From the NCBI GenBank assembly GCA_002633005.1, contig NMRA01000049.1, positions 511,189-575,188 on the forward strand: DNA of 64,000 nucleotides. Reading direction: 5' to 3'. The stretch comes from Phoronis australis (lineage: Eukaryota; Animalia; Phoronida). Both the position numbers and the translations under genes were made by a program. Below are positions 23,580-37,431 of the stretch, in pieces. Within the stretch, counting starts at the first letter, position 1. The number at the start of each line of letters is the position of its first letter. The notes under the pieces were generated by a model. That model worked only from the letters and a program-made list of their open reading frames with translations. It searched no databases and was not told the origin of the DNA.

Positions 23580-26500
23580 CCGATACTGGAAGAAGTAATT
23601 TCCTTCATTAAAGTACGCACCCGATATTGAAACATAAAAACACCATTTCACATAATTTCAACATGTATTGGTATCATTAAAATAAGCAAAGACATGAATC
23701 TGATCATTGCGAGGACACCTATTGGTCACTGCATAATCTAATTTAACGCACGTGTCTAGAAATTATAAAGAAAATGTTAGAAAAAAAGTTACAGTAACAA
23801 AAACCTTAGAAAATCACCGCCGAAGTATTGATAAACAAGGTCACACGTGCATTTGGCAAAACAAAGCCGACGTCACATTTGAACTCCATGGGTTTAGGAA
23901 AACTGTAGATTTACAAAAAATATAAATGAGACAATGTTAACCTCAATAACCAAATTGGGAGAGGCTAGTATCCTGGTCCCTAATATGCCTTCGAACAAAA
24001 CTGCAGTAGCAAACGGCCTAAGTAGACGGGATACTGCCAGATGCACTATGTTAAGGTTATCAGAGACTAGAAAAATCCGCCAAACCTTGGCTCAAATTCC
24101 CAACATCATAACACAGATCAGGTACATGTCTGTGTTCTGCGCCATACAACAACGTTCGGAACCCTTTTTAGGGTGCTCCATTTTGGCATGACGACTACCA
24201 AAAATGGGACGAACTGATTTCCTTCAAAAATCAAAAAGTTGCAAGAAATGAAAATAAAAGGATAATTAATTAAGAAAATTGTAACAAAGTTTTAGAGGTT
24301 TCATCTCGAACATACAGTATCGGACAAATTTTGATTACTAATACCATGGTTTTGCTATGACTGTACCTTTCCTTATTTCAAATCATTACGAAGACAAGGT
24401 CACGTGATCAGTTTATGTCAGATTGGTATAAACAAAAAGCTGTAAATGTTCAGGTTTTCTACTTCCCGAAAATGTATACTTTTCTTGAGTTAAATTCTTC
24501 CTTTGGCAAGTGCACAGACTTCTCAACAAGGTCTCTCGTAACCTTAAAATACAACAACAGCCACGCCACCTGTTGGCGGCTGAGCTGGTGCAACACCATA
24601 ACAGCGTGAAAGCCTGCTACATCAAATAAATAACATTCAATCACCTTTAAAAAAATAAAACTGTGTTGGAATGGTTGGTTGGACGGATAGAAGTCTACAT
24701 AAACAATGATGTTGCAATAAATGTTCTTGTACACGCGTCGTCAAACAGCACTTTACAATGCACCAGTAAAAACACGCCCTCGAAAAGACTAACCGGAACA
24801 TTATAAAGCAATGTTTAACACCTTGCAATTAATAACACACATAAACATTGTTAATTGACAAGCTAAAATTGATCTTTCTAAAGTTAAGAGCCAGTTGCCC
24901 CATGGCCAACAAAGTAAAGCGAAACCTATGAGGCAATAGGAATACGAGGAAATTTTGTAAGCAATCGTGTTGAAAACCAATTGGCTGTTCCAGGGAATCG
25001 TCTCCACTTAAAAATACTTGAAAACAAGAATTACATTGAAATGACAAGGGAGACAAATTTCAGTTTTCAGCTACAATAACTTCTCATCTCTCTATGGCTA
25101 TCTCAGCCTTTTCTTCAACATGAAGTTCCATACAACGAGTTCAAACGAGAGGTGCTACAAAACTAATACATACAATATCTTCAAACCACTCCTCATGAAC
25201 TCATTGCCTTTAAACATGCTACATGCAGTACCTTCAAACCAAGCCTACAAATTCACTAACAATCTGCAAACACCACTTCGTTTGCCTTTACAATCGTTCA
25301 CATTTCTGTCAAACAATTTTGCACAAAACTATAATTACGTAATCAGCCGGGTTACCAAGTGAGTGTTAGAGCGAGTCATATCGTCACCCTTTCCACTTTC
25401 AACCTAGGAAAATAGTGCCCAGTGAGTGCTGACCTAGTGTTGTACCTGTCTGACAGATTAAACTGGTGAATTATTGAAAAAGTGTTCTGAAAATATTCGG
25501 CGATTCAGAGAAAAAGCAAGAAAAAGTAGACCTACACTTACTGTGACAATCACTGCACAAACATGACCTCGTCGCGTGAAACGGGGATGGGCATTATGAC
25601 TTACACAGGACTTGGCAACTTGACTACAAACCATAGGACAACCGGATGAATATAGGGGTTATTTAGGGGTTATTTGCAGCCAATGCGTAACTGTAGAGAT
25701 TACAAGATTTATTTCTCAACGAATTTGATGTCTTTGAAGGATTTGAGACAAAATTGTGAAAAATTAGTTGCAATGTACTAATCATCCAAAGACATTATTA
25801 AAGACATTAAATTTGAATTTGCTGATCTTCAAGTGACTTAATATTAAAAGTATCTGCACACCTTGAAAATGACCATGGTCATTATAAGTAACAGCAGCCA
25901 CTTCGTACGGTCAGTTTTCACAGAACTTCCCCCACACTCTGCAGTGATGGGAGCATATTTTGTTCAAAATCCATCAATAAAGCCAAATTAATCTCAGTTC
26001 TGATTGAAACTTAGCTCTCCATATTCACACGAATGCCGCAAATAACCCAACTAAGAGGCCAGAAGGTGAAAACTAGTGAAATATGCTTCTTTGGGGAAAA
26101 GACTGACCTTATTGGCCACACACCAAACAAACTGAACAGTGTACACATTACACTGGCGCAAAGCACATCATCCAAGCCAACTACCTAGTATCTAACAGTG
26201 AGCAAGCAGCTATCACAAATAACAAAGTAACACGCCCAACAGTCGCCGTTTTAGATTCTAAAACCAGTTAGCACTCATCTGCCACAATGCACAGTTTGTC
26301 ATCAGGCATAGCATTCAAGACTGATAAAATCAACTCCCAAACACTAGGATAGCCAGCAACATTACAATAAAAAAAAAAATTGCATCACATCAATCAGTTT
26401 CGCGACACTACGGTGTACTGTGTTTACATGACAACTTTGGCCGGGAACAAACTAACACCACAGCGAGGTCCCACTTGAATGACATTTCCAGATCTCATCA

Positions 26501-27130
26501 GAAGCCTATTTATGTGTGCACAGATTTAACAGACAGAAAATTGTTTTTACGACATTTTCAAGTCCCAAACACAGGTTTTCAACTCAATCGCCCCAGAGAA
26601 CTGTTCCTGTATAAAAAGGCATTGAATAGCCAGCAATCAGATTCTAAGGGAAAGAAACAGTAACCCTAATTCTGACACACCTTATATATCATGAGCCAAA
26701 AAGCACAATGACTCTGGGCTGAGTGAGATGAGAGATACTACACAATGACTCTCGTCTGAAATTGTTCGAAAAGTAGTACTCTATTGAATGGATGCTCTGT
26801 GCAGAGCGAAAATATCGCCAAGTGAACAACAAAGGGCGCATCAGTCAGTGGATAACTTGTATAAAGCCGGATGCTTGAAAATAGTCCACCGTTTCTTAGA
26901 GCTGTAGACTATACACACCAATCAATCTCAGTTGATGGATATAGGCTCGAGCAAACTAGTTTGGGTGTTATTCATTGGCTAACTAGAAGTGCAAAAAACA
27001 ATCGTCAGCGTACTTTCAAAGCGTCACGTGAAGAGCGCATGAGAAGTACGCTGTCACATAAATTTCGTATGATTGAAAAATCCTATTGCAATAAATACCC
27101 AATATTACTATTAGCACACAGTGGCGACAC

Positions 27131-27232
27131 CTAGCTGGATGCCGCTGAATCAGTCTTTTCACTGTCTTTGGTCTCATCATCCCAATCGTTGTCTTTGTCA
27201 TCAGATGGCGTCGTTGATTCCAGTTCGAAGTT
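27131..27232 (-). CDS. RABL2: RABL2 last coding exon (acidic tail, no CAAX)
   Basis: ttttatccatag|; encodes NFELESTTPSDDKDNDWDDETKDSEKTDSAASS followed by stop. Lack of prenylation cysteines is typical of RABL2. Confidence 0.9.
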   Translation of the reverse strand, partial: NFELESTTPSDDKDNDWDDETKDSEKTDSAASS

Positions 27233-27830
27233 CTATGGATAAAAAGAAAAGGACATAAGTGATTGTAAACCATTCTGTCTTCATTTCAGTTGGCTAGGTG
27301 ACAACAAAAAGTATTTAGTATTTTACTGGGAATTTAGCTCGTGACTGACGTACAGTGTCTGTCAACGACCACTATTGAATAAAAGTTTTTGCAAAAGGAA
27401 GCCACTGTTACTATTCATATTATTTTCTGAATTATCCATGAGACAATAAACTTTTCATTTTCAATGATTTTTTTCACATAAAAAAAACAAACAAAAATTA
27501 TAGTTCGTAATTGTTCCCAACTATGACTCAAATACACAACCTATTTATCCTATGGCATTTTATGTTGCTGATCCCAGGTTTCATTACCATTTTGAATGGT
27601 ATTGAATTGCCTGGAAATAAAACTACTGCAGATTTTACAAGTTTACACAAACTTGTTAATTTTTCCAACGATAACGTCTATTTTTAATCAACTTTTTACG
27701 AAGCAGGCAGTAATGTGGTTACGGCTTGTCTAGACAGCAATTAATTTTTTTCCGATTGTTGTAAGAGAATACAAGAACAGGCGAATCAACTCACAGACTG
27801 ATTGACATACCTGTCTTATTGACAATTGTT

Positions 27831-27921
27831 GGATATATACGTGCCCGCATTTTGAGAACCAGTTTGAGGCTCATTATTAAACATAGAAAACTGGTTCTCG
27901 AAATCTGGGCACGTTATATCC
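27831..27921. repeat. Tiny hairpin element (GAGAACCAGTT core family)
   Basis: ACGTGCCC..TTTTGAGAACCAGTTT...AAACTGGTTCTCGAAAT..GGGCACGT. Confidence 0.8.
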
Positions 27922-28444
27922 GACTAACCATCTTATTTGCCAAACTTGGTTCCCGCAACTTAGAGATTTTGATTATTTTCTTTTCCAGAACTTTTCATGT
28001 AGGAAAACTATTTTGTGGTTATCCATCTCAAGTGAGATCTATGCTTGTCCAATGCTTTGCGGCATATACTGCAGCCAGCAAAACATTGGTTAAACATTGG
28101 TATCAAACATGAAGAGCACGTGAAATAATTCCTAAACAAATCTGGGTAACTCAGAGGCGCCATCTGTTAGAAATTACAAATAGTCAATTCACAGACACAT
28201 AAAAAAAAACTCAATTACTGTTAGCGCATCATCTAGCAATAACAAATAGTCAGATCTGCGAAATCAGCGAGCCAAGTGCAATTTTATAGCGGTAAGTGGT
28301 CGCAATCAAAAGTTCCTTGTCTTGGAAGGAACACCGGCATACAGCCACTTTAAAGAACACTGGAGCTATGCGTGACTGTAGCAAAGGGTCGTCAAACGTT
28401 ATGTGACCAGAGCTTAATATGTAATGATATGCATTTCATTGTAC

Positions 28445-28528
28445 CTCGAGTTCTCGCATCACTTCGTCCATAAAATCTGTCGAGTTCTCCTTGTAGGCCA
28501 CGGCTTTCTTAATGGCCTCACGGAAACA
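28445..28528 (-). CDS. RABL2: RABL2 exon 7
   Basis: cctttcag|; encodes CFREAIKKAVAYKENSTDFMDEVMRELE; donor gtacaa. Confidence 0.95.
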
Positions 28529-29189
28529 CTGAAAGGCAGGGGATAAAATTACAGAAACAGATGACTTATTAATATTTTATTCATACAAAATGTACAGAAT
28601 GGCATACTCGATATTCACTACGTGGTGCTATTAAAGAAAGTCCCTCTATTTTAACATCGGAATACACGGAGAGCAGACGGCTCTTCATAAGCATGAAAGC
28701 GTCCACGAGATGAGGATCCTATGTGATGAGCTGAAAAGCACCATCTATTGGCAGAACCCTAACACTAATGACACCAAGTGGATTTAAAATTCCTCATAAC
28801 TTACATGTGACAAAGGTGAAAGTGAAATATTGAAATTAGAATCCGGATCACGCACATCACATGATTTACAATGAACAAGCAGGCTTGAACAAGGCCAAGT
28901 ACAAAGTAACAGGCAATAATCACGTATAGGGGGTCCCACATTTTGAGAATCAGTATGATGTCCGTTATTCGGAAGAGGAAGCTGCTTCTCAAAATCCTGG
29001 GCCCCTGCAAGTGACCGTTACACAGTAACACATTTCGAAACTGCCAAGATCTAGCAAGCATATCCATGACAGGGGGCCTGTTTTTTTCATACGACTAACC
29101 AAACAACAAAATACACTCGACTGATGGAGCAGACAGTGAACTGCGTTTACTAGTCTTGTGGCGTGTGATCCCCCAGCCAATAAGATTAC

Positions 29190-29287
29190 CTTCACCACGT
29201 TGGTTCCATCCGACGCTGACACAAAATAGAAAGGCATTTTGTATTTCTTCGCAAAGTTGAAAGACTTTTTGGTTATGCTATAGTCGG
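29190..29287 (-). CDS. RABL2: RABL2 exon 6
   Basis: ttttccag|; encodes (A)DYSITKKSFNFAKKYKMPFYFVSASDGTNVVK with the G5 motif; donor gtaatc. Confidence 0.96.
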
Positions 29288-30004
29288 CTGGAAAACAATA
29301 AGTCAGAAAATAATGGAATTACATTTAGCTAGCTGTTGACACACTAAGCACCAAGGACTGGCTGAAAAAGTCTTTGATATAAAACAGATTTTTCGTACCA
29401 AATACATTAAGCACACATGTACAATTATCAGTTAATGGTGAACTACCAATATCAACTCCAAACTCAATGCAAATTTCTAGAGTTCAATATCAGTAGTCAA
29501 CACCGTCTTTTCTCTAGCCTTAACAGCTCCACTGGGGGTATTTATATATGTTACAAAAATGTACACTGAACTGGTGTGACCTACATCAAAATGTGGCTTC
29601 CCAAACAGAGCATCACCATAAATCCTCCAAAGCAATCATGACTAAATACTAACATGTGTTCTGGTGTGACCTAATTATTAGTGACACCTATTGTCCAGTT
29701 GAATAACCTAACTAGTCATTTAAGCAAACTAGTTAACTCCAAGAAATTTTGTTATGAAACGAATTTCGTTAGATATTCACCAATTTCAAATTCTCTTTCA
29801 GAAAGCAATAAACTATTGTTTTGTTCTTCACCAATAAACCAAACTTTTTCATAATCAGTCAATCTCTGAACTAACGATTTTTTACATAAGATATTCTAAA
29901 ATTAATAGGTCTGACCAATCAAGTGTGATAAGTTTGTACCAAGTCATTCTTATCAGATGCATAAGAGAATGGGTTCAGTGAAACCAAAGAACGAGTTGTT
30001 ATAC

Positions 30005-30116
30005 CGTCTATTTTGTTGGCGGCACATAAGACTGGTATCTCGGATCTGTATTCTCTCAGTTCCTTGAGCCAGTTTGGTAGATTCTTGTACGTTATTTTTC
30101 GTGTTATATCGAAGAC
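30005..30116 (-). CDS. RABL2: RABL2 exon 5
   Basis: atttcag|; encodes VFDITRKITYKNLPNWLKELREYRSEIPVLCAANKID with the G4 NKID motif; donor G|gtataa. Confidence 0.96.
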
Positions 30117-32802
30117 CTGAAATAAGACGGATAATAACCGTAAGAACTAGTGGTGTGTGAATTGGAAAATTGTTCAGAATCGAACAATATTTAGCCATTT
30201 TCGATTTGAGGCTCGATTCTGAATGGATCATAAAGCTGCAGACGTGAAAAAATGGCTGCCATATGATAAGGGATTGAGCAATGCAAACCATTCTAATCAA
30301 TGCTTCAAATACACTTGATTACTTTTGAGACCTGATGTTAACAAATACAGATATTTTTGTTTGATGTTAGTCATCATAATGGGTTTTGAATTTTAATCAA
30401 TGGCAACAGTTCTGTCGATAACATTATACTGTACTTGGATTGAGACATCTTTGTTTTACATGTGTGCAAAAACACACTTACTTGGTGACATTTAATCTTA
30501 ATAATCCTGGTACTTTTAATTTATGCCAAATGTTTTTTTTTTTAACAAAAATATTTAGTTAAAGTTACAAAGTCATCAAAATAATACAAACAAAATATAG
30601 TTTGAATGAGATCAAGTTCCATCCTGGTTATAAGAACAATGAACAAAAACCCTACGAAGAAGAATTTCATATCACCACCACAACATACATTACATGAAAC
30701 ATCATCTCTTTACAACATCTGACAAGAAAGTTCCATTTTGTTTTGCACTGAAGGAAGCCATGTTTGTTCCACAGTCACCAACCATAATCAGATGTTTTGA
30801 TCCGGAAAAGAATATGTCTAATGAGCTCAACTTAAATGGTTAAACTGCATTACGAGCTCAAGATTAGTGTGTTCAACACACGATTTGCGCAAACGAATTC
30901 ATAATCAAAATTTGCTCTATGACTATTCAATTTAAATCTCTAGCTTGAACTCAATTTCCATCATGTGCAAACTTCAATTATACAGTCATCTGAAATAAAA
31001 ATGTACTGCAGGATTGATTTAACACACGACACTTCTGGTTATTGACTGTCTTCATCCCGTTATTTTCATATGTTCGGAACAAAACTCTTCACTCAACGGA
31101 ACATTGATGAAGTAAGAGTATGGTGTTTAATCAATTCTGCATATCGGAAAACTTGCGCCCGAAGTACAGCCATCTTGAGTTCTCAGAAACTCAAAGAGAA
31201 CAGGAAACATCAAAGGGAAATTATTAAGTTGGAGTTGAAGATGAGTTCAAAGAATGGGTGTGCGGATTTTAGTCTCAAAAATTGACTGCACAAAAAGCTA
31301 CGAAAACACAAAAATTAAGTTCAGAGTTCCTCTGGACTACATGATATGTGTTAGAATTGTTAAGACTGCAAAGGCTAAGTGTGCTAAGTGTTTAAACTAA
31401 ATTTTATAGAATCGGCAGCTTCTTTGGGAATTGCAGACATACGTAGTTAGTGTTTTGAGGTTGGTGGAACGAAGGTTACGCACAACCCTAGACAAATGGC
31501 CAAAATTTGGCTAACTTCAGGAAATCATATCTCAAAAATGGCTGATTGGATTCATTTTCAGATACTATGCTTCACAACGCTGTTAGAAATTCTTTTTAAA
31601 TGTTTCACTTTTGCACGAGAGATCACCAAACATAGGACTTTTATGATTTTTGTGAAAAAACGAAGTTGCATGAAATAAAACAAACGTAACAGTATTTTTG
31701 AGATCTCACCTTGAACATTTATAACAAATAGAATTTGATCATGTTATTGATACCGCTGTTTTGCTATCAATGTACCTTTCTTTTTTGATAAATTTTACTA
31801 AAAATACATAATCAAGTGACATAATTGATAACAGAATGGTAAAAAGGCAAAAATCAAATTCTACAGACTTTCTACTTTCACAAAATAACGCTTTTACCGA
31901 CTCAGTTAAAATCTACAGTCTTATACACATTTGACTCAATGCCCAGACGTGTCAATAAGGTTGTACATCACCTTAATAGCAATGAGAAGAAATATTCAAC
32001 AAATCATCAACACACAATTTTGTGTTTTTGTAGTCAATTTGTGTAAAACGCTTTACTTTAATGAGCTAAAATATCACATGATCAAAATGTCACGTAGCAA
32101 CGGTCACGTCCGTGACATTACTGAACAGTTTTATGTTGGAATCATTCAGAGGTGCTTAAGGAGAAATATATCATTTAGTTTACCTAGGTGATTAATACCT
32201 CGACAAAAAGTAGTCCGCATAAATAATGCTTTTAATCAAACTTCAGTTGAATCTGGGACTAAGTTCGTTCATAATTTTGCCCGACTGATGACTGACTGAA
32301 AGCAGATTACAAAGGATTTTCCGGTGGCAAGTACTTTGAATGCAACTTTCAGATATAAAAATACCATAATCCTTTACCACATCATTAGACTCTGCTGACG
32401 GCTTAGAGCTGTTGACTGAGATTAGAACAACACAGACACATGCATACCACATTTAATACATAAGCCAACACTGGAGCATATTCTATTAGTGATACTGAAG
32501 CGCTAAAATGTGCAAGTAAACTAGTTCACTTCTTGGGAGTTTGGCCGGTGGAGCAAGCAGTCCCTAACCTGCCTCGTGACATGAGCGGTGTTGTGGTGAT
32601 TTTTGTTCTATCGAGAGAGACCTAACTGGCTGGAACAGACCATCACCGTGATGATGCCCGGTACAGTCTGACTAGTCCCTCACTTCTCGTTAACATTTTG
32701 AGAAAGCGAATTATTCTGAAAGATTACTATTTCGCGGCCGCTAAGCCATTAAGAGTATAAAGTGTAACCTCAACATGAGGCTTTAAAATTTGTGAAACTC
32801 AC

Positions 32803-32882
32803 TAGAATACACGCTTGTGCTTGATGGTAGTATGAAGGGTGCATACTACTGAACCTCTCCTGACCAGCTGTGTCCCAGAAAT
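32803..32882 (-). CDS. RABL2: RABL2 exon 4
   Basis: tttacag|AT TTC TGG...; encodes (D)FWDTAGQERFSSMHPSYYHQAQACIL with the G3 motif; donor gtgagt. Confidence 0.96.
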
Positions 32883-33350
32883 CTGTAAACAAACGAGGCA
32901 AAGTGAGATTAGTTATGGTTTTAAGATTCAACTTGCAATTTTCAGGCGTTATGAAAAACCAAATACAACTGATTGTTACATTTGACTAATACAAAACTCA
33001 CAAACGCATAATTATTTATAACCATCATGGAAAATGTTGTATGCAAAAAGAACGAGGCAAACGATGATGGGTCGACTGGATTTTTTTTAGGAAAATAAGA
33101 GTGAATAGTGTTAAATAAAGTGTGCATTTGCAAATCAGAAATTACTATTAGCCAATTAAGCACTAGTTTATATATCAAATGCGATTCAAATGTCACCTAA
33201 AGTATTCTATGAGAGGACAAATTACAAATTACTCAACTCTGCTTTAAAATCAATAATCGCATACTAGAGAAACAAAATAGGCGTAGTGCAACATTTTAAT
33301 TTTGCTTACACAGAAGTATCTAAACTTTGCACAAACCAATTGCGATAGCA

Positions 33351-33446
33351 GTCACTGACAGGGGTCCTGCATTTCGAGAACCAGTTTTCTCCACTGAATA
33401 ACAGCCATCCAACTGGTTCTCAAAATACGGGATCCCTGTAAGTGAC
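33351..33446. repeat. Tiny hairpin element (GAGAACCAGTT core family)
   Basis: GTCACTGACAGGGGTCC...GAGAACCAGTT...AACTGGTTCTC...GGATCCCTGTAAGTGAC. Confidence 0.8.
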
Positions 33447-33695
33447 AAGTGCCCCAAGTGCCCTATAGAGTCAGAAGTAAGCAGACAAGAATGATTTGAT
33501 AGAATACTGGGGTATTTCAGATTTAATCACTCTTTTCCTGGCCCTAATCACTCATTGCACACAACAATCTCCATGTGGGGTTTTAGCATACACTGTTTTC
33601 ATACATCTTGTTGCTATATCGCAATACAAACACCATGACTGTCTTACAGAGTGAAAAAAGTCATAACTTTATGTGAACATAGACACGATAGACAN

Positions 33696-33713
33696 GACAG
33701 CTGCTGAGGTTGA
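33696..33713 (-). CDS. RABL2: RABL2 exon 3, truncated by assembly gap (N at 33695)
   Basis: TTCCTTGAC branch point then cactgtccag|T CAA CCT CAG CAG CTG TC = (Y)QPQQLS, then N. The expected TYALTL...VD remainder is absent. Confidence 0.88.
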
Positions 33714-34111
33714 CTGGACAGTGGTCAAGGAACATGCACTACTGTACTTGAAGAACAAGATAACAAAATTAAGCAAGCACCCATGTTGTATCTCACTCCA
33801 ATGTGGCATCAATCTGTACATAAGAACATGGAACCCCAATCTATTTGCACACCCCAAGGAGGAGCCCTGCTCTAATCGTTCAGTTTACATTATAAAGTTA
33901 CACACCTTGGAGAGGAACTCCACTCATTTCATACTCTCTAATATGTATACCTTGATCTGCAAGCCCACTCAAATTGTACAGAACCCCCCTGCCATTTCTA
34001 CACCCCAATGAGGAACCCTCATCAATTGCAAACTCAATGTAAAACGACAAAATCTCACCAATTTTGGACGTAAGTAATTGAAATAAGTTGAAACTATGTG
34101 TAAAAGGATAC
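33714..34111 (-). other. U12-type (minor spliceosome) GT-AG intron in RABL2
   Basis: 5' splice site GTATCCTTTT; branch point TTCCTTGAC with the branch A about 12 nt before the 3' splice site; no polypyrimidine tract. Confidence 0.93.
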
Positions 34112-34141
34112 TATCCGTCCATTAAAAACCGCTCTACCAGT
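34112..34141 (-). CDS. RABL2: RABL2 exon 2 (30 nt)
   Basis: ttttcag|A CTG GTA GAG CGG TTT TTA ATG GAC GGA TA| encodes LVERFLMDG(Y); followed by the U12 donor GTATCCTTTT. Confidence 0.93.
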
Positions 34142-36879
34142 CTGAAAATAGAAAAAGAGAATTGCTTAAAGGTACAAGCACATCACAGCATGGTAAAATG
34201 GCATAACACTCACTCAATCATGGACTTATAACTAATTTTAGACTGGGGATTGCCGTCACGAACTCACCCAATGTCTCATTCTTCAAACAGAGGTACTGGG
34301 AAGTAGTGTGTTGCTCGGGACGGTAGTCCTCAGTTTGTTGTGTCTTTGTGGCCTTAATTTGTATACTTTTTAATTTCCATGTCATGTTTTTAGCTCAATT
34401 ATTAACTTATCAAGACCTGTATAGTTCGATAGCAGCCCTTCACTAACACAAACTTGATTGAAAACGCGACCATACTTCCTGTTGGACATCTTGATCTACA
34501 CCCACTCACACACTCTGCCAATGGACATTACAATCAAACAAGTTAAAATAGTAGCTCTCTATTTCGTGAGCACATGTCTCATCCAGGGGTGCTTGGTAGA
34601 ATGAACATTGTGGAAGTAAAATGAACATTGTGGAAGTAAAATGAACGGTGAAATAAACAGTGACAGCAGGTAGAATGGCGTACAAGTAGAAACCCACAAG
34701 CCTAACAGAACAGAGCCAGCGTGCGAAAAACACTTGTGAGCTGCTCATTCAGCACAAGTTTTTCACAAATGATCAATTGTGTATAGTACTTTATTTTAAT
34801 AATTTTAATAATACTGGTACACTTTAGTCATAAATCTCTCCTTGCATTTTAATTTTATCTTGCTATTTCTGACTTTTCCCACTTGCAAATCAGTGGATTC
34901 ACTAAAGAAGTTCCCCTCTCTTTTAAAAAGTTTAAATAAATAAACTAATAGTCTGACTCTGTTCTTATGAAAACCCCAAGTATTTTGAACTAACAGGAGT
35001 CCAAATTTGGACTGCAAAATAAGAACTCTTCAACTTGTCTAAAGTACAATTAACAGCTTTTTCCTAAAATTTCAAATATGCTCACTGTTACTTGCAGTCC
35101 TCTCACTACGAAAACTGCACCGAAATGAAGCCTACTCCACCATAAGTGTTTTTGCAACTGTGACAAAAATGCCTACTTTGTTAATTACGGACGCTTTTAA
35201 AATAGAAACACAATCCAATAAACATGCCACTAGTAATTTTCAACATTGACGTCCAAATAGGGTGAGACCGACGAAACCCCGAAGTGTACTGTGACGGGAC
35301 GTTCGTAACTTTACGCTTATTGTTATTCTTATTTAGTTGCAAATGTTCAGTTATTCTTATGCTAATGTCTTTGTTGCGTCTCACGTGGGCATGTGGGCGC
35401 GACTGTATGTGTCGGGCACTTCGCTAGCGACAGGCTTAGGAGAAGGGTGTTTCCTTCCTTTGCCTTCATGAAAATTGATCGTTACCATCTGCAATTGAAC
35501 TGAAACTATGCCTGATGAGATGAAATACACATGTTTGATGTTCAGTGGAGACTTGCTCTGTTACAGTACATAAGGCTTCCAAAAGGCGGATGGAGAGGGT
35601 GTAGGACCACCGATCTAGTGGTAGTGGATTCTGAACACAAGGAGTGTTGCTGAGGGCAAAATCCAGGTACTATGCTGTTGCTTAGATCCATAGCTAAGAG
35701 GCAGGCCTGTTCCAATCAATGTGCTCGACGACAAACAGAAACGTACAGAGGGTTATGAGATCACTCATCCATCTGCCAGACTTTCCGGGAGGAGGCAGCA
35801 CAGATGGGGACCTGTCTATGATTTGTTAGGGCTAAATACACTATGAAGTATCAGGGTGACCTGGACTATGTAAAGAACGTATTTACAATGAGATATCTAA
35901 ATACCTAATGGAAAAGTGAATTCTATCCCTTACATAATTACAACTTCACCCACTAGTGACTGTCACTTATCTAGAATATACCTAGTAGGCACTGTGCTGT
36001 GTCTCGTTGACCCAATACACTAGTCATGCACTTGAGGTGAAAAATCTTCACTAGTGGAATGGTTTTCACGGTGAATTCAATCTAGACGCCTTTCACTTGC
36101 GTGATTTTGCATGACCTTGTTTTTACACGGGTATCTAGCAAAAAATGAAACACACCCAGGCCCACACTCACTTTGAGAGTGAGGGTGAGCACTGATTCAA
36201 CTAGCAGCACCGGCTAACAACGTCTATGACTTAACCATTATCACAGTCTCAGCTGTTCCCAGCAGAGACAGTAGTCATCCTATAAGCCCTCCCTTATGCC
36301 AGAGGCTTTTTGGCAAATTATGCCTTATACTGAAAGAACCATTAAAGTCATGTTCCCACAAGAACTTTTTGGCTTTTGCGCATAGAGGGGTAATGATCAG
36401 ATACAACTGTAGTGGACCACGTTCCAGTGAATCTATGGCAGGGACATCACCCGGAAGTTACATCACATCCGTAGAGCAGCAGTTCGGAGTTGCCGCCGTG
36501 AAGACTGAGGGTTCAGACGTGCTATTGTTGTGTGTGTGTGACTTGGAATAGTCACTGTGTACATACGTGTGTATCTATATTAGCTTGCGTTCAGTAGTTT
36601 GTAGAGTTCAGAGGGGACTGAGGGAAGCTGAACTGAGATAAGCCGTTATAGTAGTTTTAGAAATACTGGCTTCGTACTTGGGACTCGAAAGAGACAAGAC
36701 GTGCCTAAAATCGCTCCAGACGCATCATCATATCTTGTTTTACTGTGTTCGGAACCAGTGTTTATTCCAGTTAGGTAAGCTGTCTTCTATTCACCTAATA
36801 TACCAGAATAACGTGGTAAGGGCGGCACACAACATTTTGGTGGTGGCGGTGGGATTCCACTCCCAGGGCACACAACACA

Positions 36880-36954
36880 ACATGCCCGAATTACGAGAAC
36901 CAGTTTTCTCCAGTGAATTACGGGCATCAAACTGGCTCTCAAAAACAGGCATGT
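36880..36954. repeat. Tiny hairpin element (GAGAACCAGTT core family)
   Basis: ACATGCC..GAGAACCAGTTT...AAACTGGCTCTC..GGCATGT; loop TGAATTACGGGCATC identical to the 1872 copy. Confidence 0.75.
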
Positions 36955-37431
36955 AGTATTCAACTGTTGCCCATAAGAGAGACAACTTAGCCTTAGGTAG
37001 GTCGGTGATGTCTTGAACTCGTATCCACTGGTAGTGGTACGAGCCGTGCAAAAATGGTCAGTTGCCAAATTAGGCAACTAAACAATGGATTAGACAATCA
37101 ATGGCCCCCTAAAGTGACCCTCTGTGCATAAAAGGTACAATGACCACCATCTCTAGCTGGCCCCACGCCCCAGTAAGACGGTGAGGCTCCGTCTTTACTG
37201 ATAACTGTGGCCACCTACACTTGTAAAGACTGTGGTCAAAGTAACAGCAATATGACATTGATGATTAATTAAGGCATAATTATCTGAAAATATTCCGGCA
37301 TATGGAAGGCCTGTGGAATGGCCGCCGTCCCAATTGCGGTCAGTTGAGACGGTGATCTATCTAGTATCTTCTTGCTACGATTACGAATACGATACGGATA
37401 TTACGATTACGTGTTCATTCATGGTATACCG

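Noticed and set aside
23378-23635. ORFs with YVCM repeats
   Set aside because: They are translations of the (TACA)n microsatellite.
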